A stretch of 61,204 bases of DNA, counting the filler, from Dugesia japonica (lineage: Eukaryota): assembly GCA_001938525.1 (NCBI GenBank). It is 6 parts of 6 records of this genome, joined end to end, with 100 filler letters (N's around TTAATTAATTAA, not from the genome) between each part and the next. Parts side by side here need not be neighbours in the genome. Positions count along the whole stretch, not along the records: positions 1 to 12,808 come from MQRL01214339.1; positions 12,909 to 21,068 come from MQRL01491627.1; positions 21,169 to 30,902 come from MQRL01582380.1; 3 more parts are not named here. One strand, written 5' to 3'. The first letter of the stretch is position 1. Each line of letters begins with the position of its first letter. The notes under the pieces were generated by a model. The model was not told where the DNA came from. It saw only the letters and a program-made list of their open reading frames with translations, and ran no database searches. Below are positions 12,343-24,436 of this stretch, one piece after another. Position numbers and translations under genes: made by a program.

Positions 12343-12720
12343 ATGTCCGCACTTAACCACCACCTTTTCTACCCCACCCGATCCCCCCTCCCCCTGTTAC
12401 TATTTTTAGAAAGTTTTTTTCATCTTTTTAAAATTTTTCTTTAATCTTTTTTTTTATTTTTTTTTAAACTTTTTTTTTAAAATTTTTTTTTTAAAATTTT
12501 TTTTTAAAAATTTTTTTTGCACCATTCGTCCTAAAATTAAAAAGTAAGATAGGAATGTCTCATGAACTTGTATCGTAAAATGCACCAATTTACCGCAAAA
12601 AGTATGTCCGCACTGAACCACCACCTTTTCTACCCCCCCTCCCCCCTGTTACTATTTTTAGAAATTTCTTTACCTTTTTTTTAAAATTTTTTTTTAAAAT
12701 TTTTTTTTAATTTTTTTTTT
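12343..12720. repeat. Two-copy direct repeat with C-rich core, flanking a MITE-related segment
   Basis: atgtccgcact(t/g)aaccaccaccttttctacccc...ccctgttactatttttagaaa occurs at ~12343 and ~12604. Positions 12533-12570 match the TIR of the MITE at 20527-20895. Confidence 0.75.
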
Positions 12721-12908
12721 AATTTATTTATTTTAATTTTTTTTAAGAACAACAAAAGTAACTGATTAAAATTTATTTAATAACAAACTAAAACCTATTA
12801 ATAATACANNNNNNNNNNNNNNNNNNNNNNNNNNNNNNNNNNNNNNNNNNNNTTAATTAATTAANNNNNNNNNNNNNNNNNNNNNNNNNNNNNNNNNNNN
12901 NNNNNNNN

Positions 12909-13240
12909 ATCTGGATGAGTAGAAAATCGCCAACTTTGAATTCTATGTTAGTAATCACGTTATTAGTGTTTTCTTTAGTTCTATCTGAAACATCTGAGTC
13001 ATACTATTTTTCTCTGCTAATTTTCTTTCCAAATATAATATCAGGGGCGTATTTCTAGTCATCTTCTGATTTGTTGCGTTCAGTGTAAATTATATTTCCA
13101 GTAAAAGATCTGCCCAATCTGTTAACTTTCTTTCCTGAAGTTTTACATTAAGAAAATCTCGTATTGTCCTGAACTGTATTTCAATTTGTTTGTTTGTATA
13201 GTGATGATAGGGACTCGAAGCTTTTCCACAATCTAGTCTA
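12909..13240 (-). mobile_element. Gypsy integrase fragment
   Basis: SSPYHHYTNKQIEIQFRTIRDFLN...DWADLLLEI*FTLNAT; closely similar to the copy at ~43500-43700. Confidence 0.8.
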
Positions 13241-15061
13241 GGAAAGTAAGGGGAGGTTCCGGAGGGCGGGGTAAGTGTGTGTTGGAATTGACCAATCAAA
13301 ATAATGAGGTCATGTTGACCAATAAACCGCGAATTTGTTTTAATTAAGTCTATTTGTTGGAAATTCAAATTTCATAAATTTTTTACAAATATTTTTTTCA
13401 ATTTTTTTTTGAAAGATTTTCCAGCGCAAATTTAAAAAATTTTTCTTTTTATGTTCTTTTTATGTCGTCGTTTTTTATATCTTTTATTTTTATATTTTTT
13501 ATTTTTTATTGGGTTTCGATGTTATATTTGAATAGTGTTTTAAAGTCTATATCTAATGACATAGATAAATTTTTAAAAAACTGTTCCTGTTGTTTACAGT
13601 GACGTGTTTCCAGACTTCAGTTAATAGGTTCCAGTGTTGAAATTTTTTGATGCATTTGAATTATTTTTGCTCTGATTGGATGAGTAACATGAGAAACAGG
13701 TGATTGTGAAAAGGTTTAGTAATTCCTATTTGACGGTGCTTATGTGTGGGTAAAAATATAATTTTTTAAAATGAAAATCGCTACAGAATGGGTGACAGCT
13801 GATAATTTTCGGGTTTGATGATATAATTGTGTTTTTTATCAAATTCGGTCTATAGGTTGTCAAAGGTAATTATGCGTAAAAGGATTGTGTGTTGCATGAA
13901 TGCAGCTTTTGTGTTGCAAAAATGACTTTCAAGTATATTTTTAAGGTTTTATGAGCTTAAAAATATGAAATAAATCATTTATTAATTTTTTTTATAAGTT
14001 AATAAGTTAATTCAATAAATTATTAATAATTATAAATTATTTTTATGTATTGCTTCAGTAACAGTCTTGTTTTCCTTCCATACCATTACATTGCCTCCTC
14101 CGTCATACAACAGTCCAACAGATTGAATCCATTAAGGTCAGATAGCATACGATATAGTCCCTTCATAATTGAACTTATCGACCAGCTTGCGTCTATTTAA
14201 CTAGGCAAAGCTCGATTTATGTTATGTACATCTCTGGTAGCAGTGTTTCCGTCCGCAAAATGGTAAGAAATTTCAACGTAAATGTTACTTATTCAATGCA
14301 TGACATATTTTATATAACTTAGCACATATTAGACATCTTTGACAAATTTTTTACCATATTAATGAAAGCTTTAAACTTTATAGATCATTTAATTATTGAA
14401 CCTTTACATATCATAGACCATATAAAATATAATATTTCATTATCATAGACCATATAATAATGGAACCTTTAAACAACATTGACCATAAATAAAATAGAAC
14501 CTTTGACCTAATTTAAATTCAATTAATAATAAATTAACATTTAATTATCATTAAATTAACGTTTAAAAAAATTCATTTTAAATTTAACATATAAAGAAAA
14601 TAATAAACTCAGCATAATTGCAATTATGGTAATTTGAATTAAACAACAATACATATATTGATTGTTTAATTTCATTAACCATAATTGTATATAAAATTAA
14701 AAATTTTAATTTCATATTATAATTTTTAATAAAATACAATTATGCTAATATAAAATTAATCAATAAATATATTTATATATTATATATTTTTTATTTTTAT
14801 TTATTTATTAATTGTAATTATGAAATTTATATAATATTAATTTAAAATATTTTTTATGTATTATATCCATAGTTACGCTATATGGTTTACATAGTTACGC
14901 TGCATTATTAACAGCTTAATTTCATATTATCTTAATTGGAATTATGAAATTTATGTAATATTAATTTAAAAAAGATTGTATGTATTACTTACATAGTAAC
15001 GCGGTATTATTTACATAGTTACGTTGTATTGTTTGTATTATTTACATAGTTACTGTATATT

Positions 15062-15650
15062 GTTTCAAAGAGATGAGTCCATATATATTTACATGATAAA
15101 ATATATGAAATTTATATTCAAAAAAACCAAATGAGAGTCCATGGATAGTTTGTAGTTGTGAAATTTGTCAGAAGACAAAGTAATGATGACATAAACTAAA
15201 GAGAAGACAAAGAGATTAGAATCTACCAATTTGTTTGAAGTGATATTCACAAATATTTGTGGGCTAATACGGGAAACATGTGGACAGAAAAAATACATTT
15301 TTGATTAATCGACCAGTACAGTAAATATCTGTTTCTTATAAAATTGCCTAGACAAGACGAAGAAACAATAAGAATGGGATTTGGATGTCCAAGAGATAAG
15401 ACTAAATTGTAGAAAAGATTTTGAATCCAGAGTTAAATATAAAACTTTGTTTTTTGAGTCTCTTTCATCATAATACAAACGGAAAAATTTAAATACAGGA
15501 AAATTTGATATTTAACTAAGGCAAAACTTCAAGAAGCTAGATTTTTTACTGGAAATATAATTTACAATGAACGCAACAAATCAGATTACGACTGAAATGA
15601 CATCAGACGAGATAGTATTTATAAAGAAAATTAGTAGTGGAATGTGGTAA
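15062..15650 (+). mobile_element. Degenerate Gypsy integrase fragment
   Basis: LFEVIFTNICGL, IDQYSKYLFL, LPRQDEETI, SLFHHNTNGK and EI*FTMNAT. Confidence 0.7.
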
Positions 15651-16499
15651 GAGTCAGACGTTTATCAGCTTAAAATTCATATTATTTAGAATTTAACAGC
15701 TTAAAATTCATGATTTAAAAGTAATCAGCTTGTAATTAATAAGTTAAAAATTGTTAAGCATGAAATTTTAAAGTTTAAAAATCTTAAATTTATACTTAAT
15801 GGATTGATTCTTTGTTTAGCCATGTTTAATTAAAAATATGGCCGACAATAAATTTATTTATTATTATATAGAATCTATTTATTGTGTAGTCGAATTAATT
15901 AAATATTTCTAAAATGAAATAATATGTGCTTCAATTGCATATATAAGTTAGAGGCACATATTATTTCATCACTAATTTTTTAATCAATTAACAAGAACTT
16001 TAATTAATTATATGATTTAATTTTAATTTTATTTTAGATTATTTATAAATCAGTAAATGAAATGAATTCTTGAAAATTATTGAAAATATGAAAACTTATT
16101 ATGAATTTTTTAAGGATCTATTTTTTTTAATTGTATTATTCCTTTGTGATGATTTTTTTAAATAATAATGATTTCATTTTAATTTAATAATTTTTTTGAT
16201 TTTAATTATTTTCGTAGAGTTGTTCGAAAACTTAAGCTTATAACAGTGGAGCTGTTGCGGTTTTTTAAATTGAATCAGTCAAAATTTCCAAACACCACTC
16301 AAATGTAACTCAGGAAGTCAAAAATAATACTCAACCGGTTAAAAATCATAAAATCCAGACAAATTTTTTAACCAAAATTGTCGACCAAAAATGGCTGGCC
16401 GCGAGGAAAAGGATACCGTTCAACTTTAAATTGATGCACTAACCTCCGAATATTAATATTTGCTGTAATATAATTCAAGTATAATAACAAATACTGAAA

Positions 16500-16990
16500 C
16501 ATATATTTATTAATAGCTACAAGTTTCGACAGCATATCTGTAATCTTCAGGGAAACGGTATTAATCTGTGAATATAGTATTTATATTAAAATTCTGTATT
16601 ATGTTATCAATTATGTAACAACTCCAAAAAAATTCAAATTAAATAAAGATATTCAATAAAGATTTAGAAAGACCCGTTTAAACATCAATTTCTGGATAGT
16701 AAGATCTAATCATTAATGCTTCGCACCTGACTCTATCCTAATAATCTTTAAAGTTTCTGCACAAAATTTTGAAATTATTAACATTTATAATTGATTTACA
16801 CTGAATATTATCATGTTCTGCAATATTACTACAAGGAGTCTTAAACTTATGACTGAACGTACTTATAATTTTAAAATTTGGGAGATTTACTGAAAGCTTT
16901 ACAAACCATTTTTAAAATCCTTAAATTAGCCCTCAGAATAAGGAATATTTAAAACATAACTAATTTTATCGAAATTATTAGATTTATCTG
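16500..16990 (-). mobile_element. Penelope-like element 3' relic (GIY-YIG C-terminus)
   Basis: LNIPYSEG ... NNFKILCRNFKDY*DRVRCEALMIRSYYPEIDV, followed by a hammerhead-like core and AATAAA. Confidence 0.65.
16510..16560 (-). ncRNA. Minimal type I hammerhead-ribozyme-like motif (probably degenerate)
   Basis: The - strand reads CUGAAGA-uu-ACAG-auaug-CUGU-c-GAAAC-uu-GUA, giving the conserved core boxes and stem II. Stem I pairing is not evident. Confidence 0.55.
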
Positions 16991-17123
16991 GATCCAGTTT
17001 AACTTTTTCAATAATAACTATTATTAATTATTTAATTTAAAAAATAATTTTAATGAGATTCAATGTTTTGTTTAGTGCTAGCTCCGTAAGTAATCACTCT
17101 GTAAATTAAAAAAATATACTCAC

Positions 17124-17518
17124 TCTAGATAATAATTCCATAAAAATGTATAATGTTTTCGTTAGTTTAACAGCACCGAAATATTTGATAATTCTCGAAT
17201 GATTTAAGGACTCCGTGAAATTGTTTATATTATTTTCAATGGACTTTCTCATACATGTTTTTTGATAAATAATTTTAACAGCAAAGTTTTGACCGGTTAA
17301 TGTTTCCTGACATTTGTAAACTGTTCCATAACTTCCTTCCCCTATTTTTTCTTCTTTATCAATTTTGTTTGTTAGTAGAGATCGAAAGTACCCTGTAATT
17401 TCAGTTTTTGTGAGAATCATTTAAAATTAAATTGAAAATAAGACTTACGTGTATGACAATACGTATGGTCACATTTTTCGACGCATTTTAAATTCATTGC
17501 AGCTGTTATTTTATCCAA
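17124..17518 (-). pseudogene. Ser/Thr protein kinase N-lobe (STE/MAP3K-like), two exons 17449-17518 and 17124-17392; remainder not found
   Basis: IGEGSYGTVYKC, FAVK, LNHSRIIKYFG and LYIFME are present. A 56-bp GT-AG intron (17393-17448) keeps the frame, and there is a donor GTGAGT at 17123. No HRD/DFG exon was recognised. Confidence 0.7.
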
Positions 17519-18053
17519 CTAGAAATAATTATTTCAATATTGAATAAGAAATATGTGTGCATTGCGCGATATTGCGATACATTTATAATTGACAAACACA
17601 ATTGATATTACTGTGCCTTTGTGGAAATCAGTATGAACAGATGAACAGGAAAATAATTGTAGAATATCAAATATATTTACCAATTTTCTGATTGCGAATA
17701 AACAATATAGAAATTATTAAACAATATTATAGTGGAACANTAATCAAGTTTCCCAAACACACAAGATTCATTTAACTTTACATTTTTGAAAATTAAATGA
17801 CTGATATTTCATTGTAAAGCTATAGTTAAGCTCATAGAAAATTATCTTACTTTGCATATTCTTAAACGTATTGGTTCATGTAGTATGGAAACTGCTCACG
17901 ATGTAATAGCTAATGACGGATAAAATATTATCAACATTAAAATATAATGCGTTGAGTGAACTTATTAATGTATTGTCTTCCTTGTCCCAAACGGTAACAA
18001 ACATTACATTGAAAGTAGCAAGCTTAAGTATNACTAATNTTATATACCATTAA

Positions 18054-18900
18054 AGTAGGTNTTTAGGTGTAGACACGANCAGGAAGTGACGCAATCACCG
18101 TTNACACCTCATTGTGTAAAAAACAATAGGTGTGAATTTACACACNTTTGAGGTCAACTTTCAAACCTTTAAATAAACAACAAGATGTGTGAATTTTTAT
18201 ACCTTTAAATAAATAAACAACTTATTGTTTTATTTAGTGAATTTTCAAGCATCTTATTGTTTTTTAATGTTTTTTTAACAATGGTAATTTCAAGCATTGT
18301 GCATTTACCATAAATATCTAAAAAAATACTTTATTTATTGACATATTAAATTTCAAGCCTTATTATTTTTTCATTGACGTGTTGAATTTTACACTTTGTT
18401 AATTTTTATTGACGTATGAATTTTCACACTTCAAAAGAATTTCACACCTTTAATTTGAACTTTCACACCCTAATCTTTTACATGTTTCTATGGAAAAAAT
18501 GATTAGCCTCATATATTACTTTGAACAATATCTTAATTTAATAATATCATATCCAACCTTATTCATTATTATTATTATTATCAATCTATACAAAATAAAA
18601 AAAATATTTATTTACACGATGACAGATAATGTACACACAGTTTTAAACATTTTTTATATGCACAGTAATCTCCATGATTATAATATGGACAAAATATATT
18701 ATCTGGTATATTTAATTGAGGAATTTCATTTGAATTATAATTGACTATTGAAGCAGCCAACAAAATCGGGTAATTCAAAGATGAAGGTCAAGGAAAAGAT
18801 TATGATGAATGGTTTTTTCCGAGACCCAAATGCTATAATATGAAAAGGAAGATGGAACAACATCAATGAAAGCCAAAGTTATTAGTTTAAAGCAAACTAA
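18054..18900. mobile_element. Polinton/Maverick relic: terminus, terminal-ORF fragment and pPolB C-terminal fragment
   Basis: AGTAGG...TTAGGTGTA resembles 34823. Positions 18600-18710 match 35190-35300 (IFCPYYNHGDY). On the + strand, KIG*FKDE...EWFFPRPKCY...MKAK occupies 18760-18880. Confidence 0.65.
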
Positions 18901-20526
18901 TGTCCAACATGTAAATTATTTAATTGTATATAATGGAATATGTGAAGAAGAAGAAGAAAATGAAGAAAAACGTGAAATTTAAGAACATCGCATATAATAA
19001 TGAATGAAAGGGCATACAAAAATATTTGAAAATGATTTTTGGTAAAAATAAATTGTTTGTTTTTGATTGACCATCACCTCATGTAGTTATTGAATATAAT
19101 GAATTTGAAGATGTGTTACTAATAAAAACGATATATGAGTCTATATCTGTGAATGACATGGATTTAAAAGATACATTGTTATATGGGCAAGTAAATGTAG
19201 TTTATGAATTAAGAAAATATTTGGCTGACCCGGCAACTGTACATTTCATTCGTTATTTAAAGATTTAATTATATCGTTTTAACAATATTTAAATCAAAGG
19301 TGGGAATGAAACTTAAACTCAAAAAGCATTGATTGAAATTATTTTCAAATTATAATATCGACAGTAAGAATATTTATCTTACAGCAATTATATATAGAAC
19401 AGAAGCAGGTAGAATAGTTGATTAAATTATCTAAACCACTGTGTATAAGCGTTTCTTGGAATAAAGTATTGTGAATTACCAATAATATTCTTTTCCAGTG
19501 GTTAATATCTACATTCGATCGAAAAGAACAAAGCCTAAATATGTATTCTTGCATACGAAGTTAGACCACACGAGATATACTATAGAGCAAATGATCCTGT
19601 ATATAATAATAATCAAACGGATAAAGATATAGCCTCTAAAGATTATAATTTCTCTGATAAAATAATTAGCAATGTCTCTGACAAATCAACAAGTGATAAG
19701 TAATATTTTGTTTGAGTGAAGTTCTGGTTTTAGAAACTGTTTTGCGTCTAGGATTTGGTCCAATCACTGTGTTGAATACTTGCAATTCTCATACAGAAGT
19801 AATTTTTATCATACTTATTATCAATTCAATTGAGAAATGAATCATTCATGTTATGTAAAAAACGCAACGAGCACGTTTCAAAACATTGATTTTTGGTTTC
19901 TCTCTTAAATCATTTCCACGTGTTTTTGTCTATTACAGATAGATATACACAACCTCTTTTATTTGGTAGGCCATGCCCCTCCCAAAAATGGGTTTTAACC
20001 AAGGTAATCTTAACATTCCTACAATATGTAAGCTACAGACATAACATATAAGTAGCTGCTGTGTGACTGAGCAAGCTAAGACAGTGAAGTGAAGATTATG
20101 CCTCTATATTTCCTCTTTTACATATACAGCTTTCCATTCCCACTTTCAGCGTCAAGGCATACATCATTACTACGATGATTTAAAAAGAAGGCCAAAATAA
20201 TGTCTCTGAGGCTGACAAAGCCTCATATGCTGACATTGTGTTTGTGTTCCTCTAAATAAATCTGCCCGCTGAGAGGACCAGAGCATCATTTAATCAATAC
20301 ATAGTAATATTCTAAACCTAACTATGTCAAGACTAAAGATATTTTGATTCTTCACACCGAACAAGTATAATCAATTCACCAGAAATTATCACAAGAATTA
20401 TTTTTGCACGCAGAATACATTTATCTGCGCTGAGATATCAAACAAGCAGCGAGCACGCAGCTTAGCGGGAACATTGATACTGACCTATCAATTTTACAAA
20501 ATTTGTTATGTCCAACTAGAACTTTC

Positions 20527-20895
20527 CAGGGTATTAGTTAAACATGGGGCAGAAATTTATGGGTTAGATGTAAAATTAAAAAGTAAGATAGAAATGTCTC
20601 ATGAACTTGAAAGGAAAATTTTCAAATTCCAATGTAAACCACTGGAAAAATTTTTTGAAAATTGCATAAAAGTCCCAAAAAACCTTTAAAAACTACATAG
20701 ATGTCACCCAAAAATTTTTAAAATTTGCATAAAAGTACCTAAAAATTTTGGAAAATTATATAGAAGTCGGTGAAATGCTAAATTCATTTGTTCCCATTAT
20801 TCCACCAGGAAGAAGCATTTTAGGATAAAAGTTCATGAGACATTTCTATCTTACTTTTATAATTTTACATCCAACCATGTTTAACTAACACTCTG
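20527..20895. mobile_element. Tc1/mariner-type MITE with long TIRs
   Basis: cagggtattagttaaacatgg...gatgtaaaattaaaaagtaagatagaaatgtctcatgaactt is mirrored at 20830-20895 (...aactaacactctg, followed by TA). Internal ~24-bp subrepeats are present. Confidence 0.85.
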
Positions 20896-21229
20896 TATAA
20901 GTAAATTAGGTTTTTGCATTTTTTAAATTGAAAATATTTAATTTCGGTTTACTTTTGTTTTTATAATTTCTTTCTTCAAAATTTTAGACATATCATCAAA
21001 ATTTTGTTTTCGACAAATTTTCATTGGGGTCTGATTCATCTGATATGATAAATAAAATTATTTTATTGNNNNNNNNNNNNNNNNNNNNNNNNNNNNNNNN
21101 NNNNNNNNNNNNTTAATTAATTAANNNNNNNNNNNNNNNNNNNNNNNNNNNNNNNNNNNNNNNNNNNNTCATATCTATCTACTAAAATATCATAATTTAT
21201 TCATTCATCTGATTCTTATTCAATTTTTT

Positions 21230-23700
21230 TTCAGTGCCCATTATTCATTTCCACACATTCTTGTTTTGTCATCCTCCATTTGTGAAGATCTTGTAACAAT
21301 CTTGTTTTGATCTTACCTGACTTTGCTTCTGTGTGTAGCATTTTACAGTGCACACAATTATAACATCACGACGTGGAAAACATCTGCATTCCCATATAAG
21401 CTACCTTTTTACATGGTCGCCTGGTGATCCCATACAAATAATGCTTGAAGTAATTGCAGAAATAGTACACCACCTACAGTTCTTTCCGTCTAATGCAGTA
21501 ACCCTTCTAATGACTTATCATGTCATGTGATCTGTACGCTTTAACCCTCTTTCTACCGCACTTATTACGCTAAAATAACATGGTTCCGATCGTATCAAAA
21601 CTAGCGTCTGTGTCCAATATTAACTGCTTCCAAATTCGGGAGAACAAAATTGTAGTCAGCATTAGTACAGTTTTTTTAATCTTCGAAAAATGCCTTTAAA
21701 TTCCTTATTCCACACTAATTTCATGTTGCTGAGGCCAATAAATAATTGATCAAATATTTTTGCATTGACCGTATACCCATTGATAAATTTCCTATAATAG
21801 TTTCATTTTCCTAGGAAACTACGCAGTTCACGCAATTCTATCTTCCAAAGCTTTTAATAGCCTCAATCTTCGCCAGATCCGTTCGTATCCCTTCAACACT
21901 AATGATATGGCCCAAAAATTTAATTTCTTGTTTCAAAAATTCGCATACCGTGCTTATAATTCACAATTTCATAATGTAGTTTCTTATCTTTAGGAAACAT
22001 TAAAATTTCTTCCAAGTTCCTTATTGCATCATTTATTGTCAATCACTATTTGCCATCATTTCGTAAAAATTCTCCGGCTTTGCTGGTATTCCGAACGGCA
22101 TTCGAATAAAATAATAATACCAAAGCTTCGTCAAAAACGTCGTTTTATCATGTAATTTTCTCTCTAGCTCTACCTGATAATAGGTGTTGCCCATGTCTAT
22201 CGAACTAAAAAATGCAATAGCATATAACGCGTCTCACATCTCGTTTATGTTAGGCATAGAAAAAGCCTATCCTTTCGTGANNNNNNNNNNNNNNNNNNNN
22301 NNNNNNNNNNNNNNNNNNNNNNNNNNNNNNNNNNNNNNNNNNNNNNNNNNNNNNNNATTCCACACAGAATCTCACTTTCTGATTATGCCATTCTCGAATA
22401 AATTCTGAATCGCCTCCTCAATTTGTTTCTCCAGTTGCTTCACATTGATCGGTTCTCATTTTGTTACAATTCTCTTTTACTAAATAAGTCCATACTACAT
22501 CCCACTTAAGAGCTATTATTACGTTTTTTAGTTTTTGTACAAATTTCTTGCAATTCTTTTTCGTTTCGCATATCTATCGTGCTTACTAATATTTGCCATT
22601 TTTTCACCTTCCCCTATTAGTTTACCAAATTTGACCTCTATGTTATCTATCATTTCCTTTTCATCCCTTTCTTCCCTTGATTTATCTCTCTATGAAACTG
22701 CAATCCAAAAATATTCTGGAAGTTTATTCCGGTGATAATATCTGGAAAAACATTTTCAACTACTACAAATTCAACATTCTTGATCATCTCTCTTAACTGT
22801 ACTTCCAAGCGTACTTAACCCTTCGTTATTAACCCACTACAATTTGCACAACATAATTTATCCTCACTATATTACAAACGGGTTCCCGGTTACTTGCTCA
22901 AACATTTCTCATTCACTTTATTAATACGAGCCCTCGTATCTAAGCAACAATCAATTTCCTTACCTAGAATGCGAACTGTTACACTAGATCTTCCTTGTAG
23001 CCTGTCAAAAACAATGTCTACCAGTTTCCCGTATGTCAATACCCCCAACCCATTCTACTTNNNNNNNNNNNNNNNATTTCCTTTTCTTCAAGAATCGATT
23101 AACTTTCTCAAACACCTTCGCTTAGTGCTCCCACTTTTCTACACCTTGAGGAAATTCTCTACATTCCTCCATCAATAACTGGTCATTACCAATTCCTTTC
23201 TTGGTGTAGTCCTTCCATTTGAATGCATCGTCTTCTCATCAACTTTCAGACTCTCTCCTTCCTCTATCTCTATAGAATTGAAATAATTGTATCGATTTCT
23301 CTGCTCTCTTCCATATCCTATTTTGTTGTTCCCTTTACCTCCTCCCATTTTTGTGACAATTCTTTGGTTTATGTTCCGGCTTATCACAATAAAAACATCT
23401 CCATTTTGTACAACTGCGCTTCTTAAAGCCTGATTCGTCACACTCAAAACATATCACTTGCCTTTGACTGAATAATCCTTGTCCAAATGTCTTATTCTAT
23501 GACACGTCCAACATTCTCTTGTCTCACTTCCTGGGCACTGAATTCTTACATGTCCCTTCTTTCTACAACGACAACACTCAATTTCCCTGTTCGCTTGTGG
23601 TTCTCTTGCTCTGGAACAACAAGCTGAGGTGGCTTCTTCCATTCATTTCCACAACTTTGATATAATTTCTCATCGCATTAACATGTTCTTTTTTCTTTTC
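21230..23700 (-). mobile_element. Degenerate Ty3/Gypsy gag-pol
   Basis: Knuckles CCRCRKKGHVRIQC and CWTCHRIRHLDKDY; protease CLLDTRA; RT remnants (MPNINEM, FFSSIDMG, RMPFGI, FLGHII); RNase H remnants. Confidence 0.8.
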
Positions 23701-24436
23701 TAATATGTCTAATAATATCAAAGTTTCTTTGATTTCTGTCACTGGTCCATTTCCTTATCACAATTTCTTGTAATATTTTTATAATAATAGTAAATTTGAC
23801 TTTTTTATTTGTTAATTATAAATTTATTGATTTGTAAATCAATTAATTCAATTGTAATTTGCAATTGTTATTGGAGTATTGCAAATATTTTTTTAATTGA
23901 AAGCAAAGTAAAAATTTCAGGTTCAGAAAGTTCAATATTGAATAGATCAATTTTAGAAGAATTGAGTATTATATTTATTAAATAAATTTTAGAAAACGCG
24001 AAATATAGTCCAACCGATTTTGTGAATTATTCTAATGGTCAATGTGACCCTAACAATTTTGNNNNNNNNNNNNNNNNNNNNNNNNNNNNNNNNNNNNNNN
24101 NNNNNNNNNNNNNNNNNNNNNNNNNNNNNNNNNNNNNNNNNNNNNNNNNNATCTTATAACTAACACTTGATGGTGTATTAACTACATATTTTAAAATATT
24201 AAATAGAATATCAAAATCATTTAGTTTTATTCGTTGAAATAATAACTAGTTTGCATCAAAATACTTTGCAGTTTGTTAAATTTGTCGAATTTGTTAAATT
24301 TTAATTCCTAGAACATCTAATTCTGTTTTTACGCGATTTGATTTGATTTGAAGTAATGATTTTTTGAATTACGTTAAATCTAATTCGCGTAAAAACACTA
24401 TTAGGTGTATTATTTCAATTGAATTGTTATACACAG

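Noticed and set aside
23921-24061. Possible additional 5' exons of the LZTS-like gene (GSESSILNRSILEEL; NAKYSPTDFVNYSNGQCD)
   Set aside because: They would need a 27-bp intron and run into an N gap, so they cannot be supported without transcripts.
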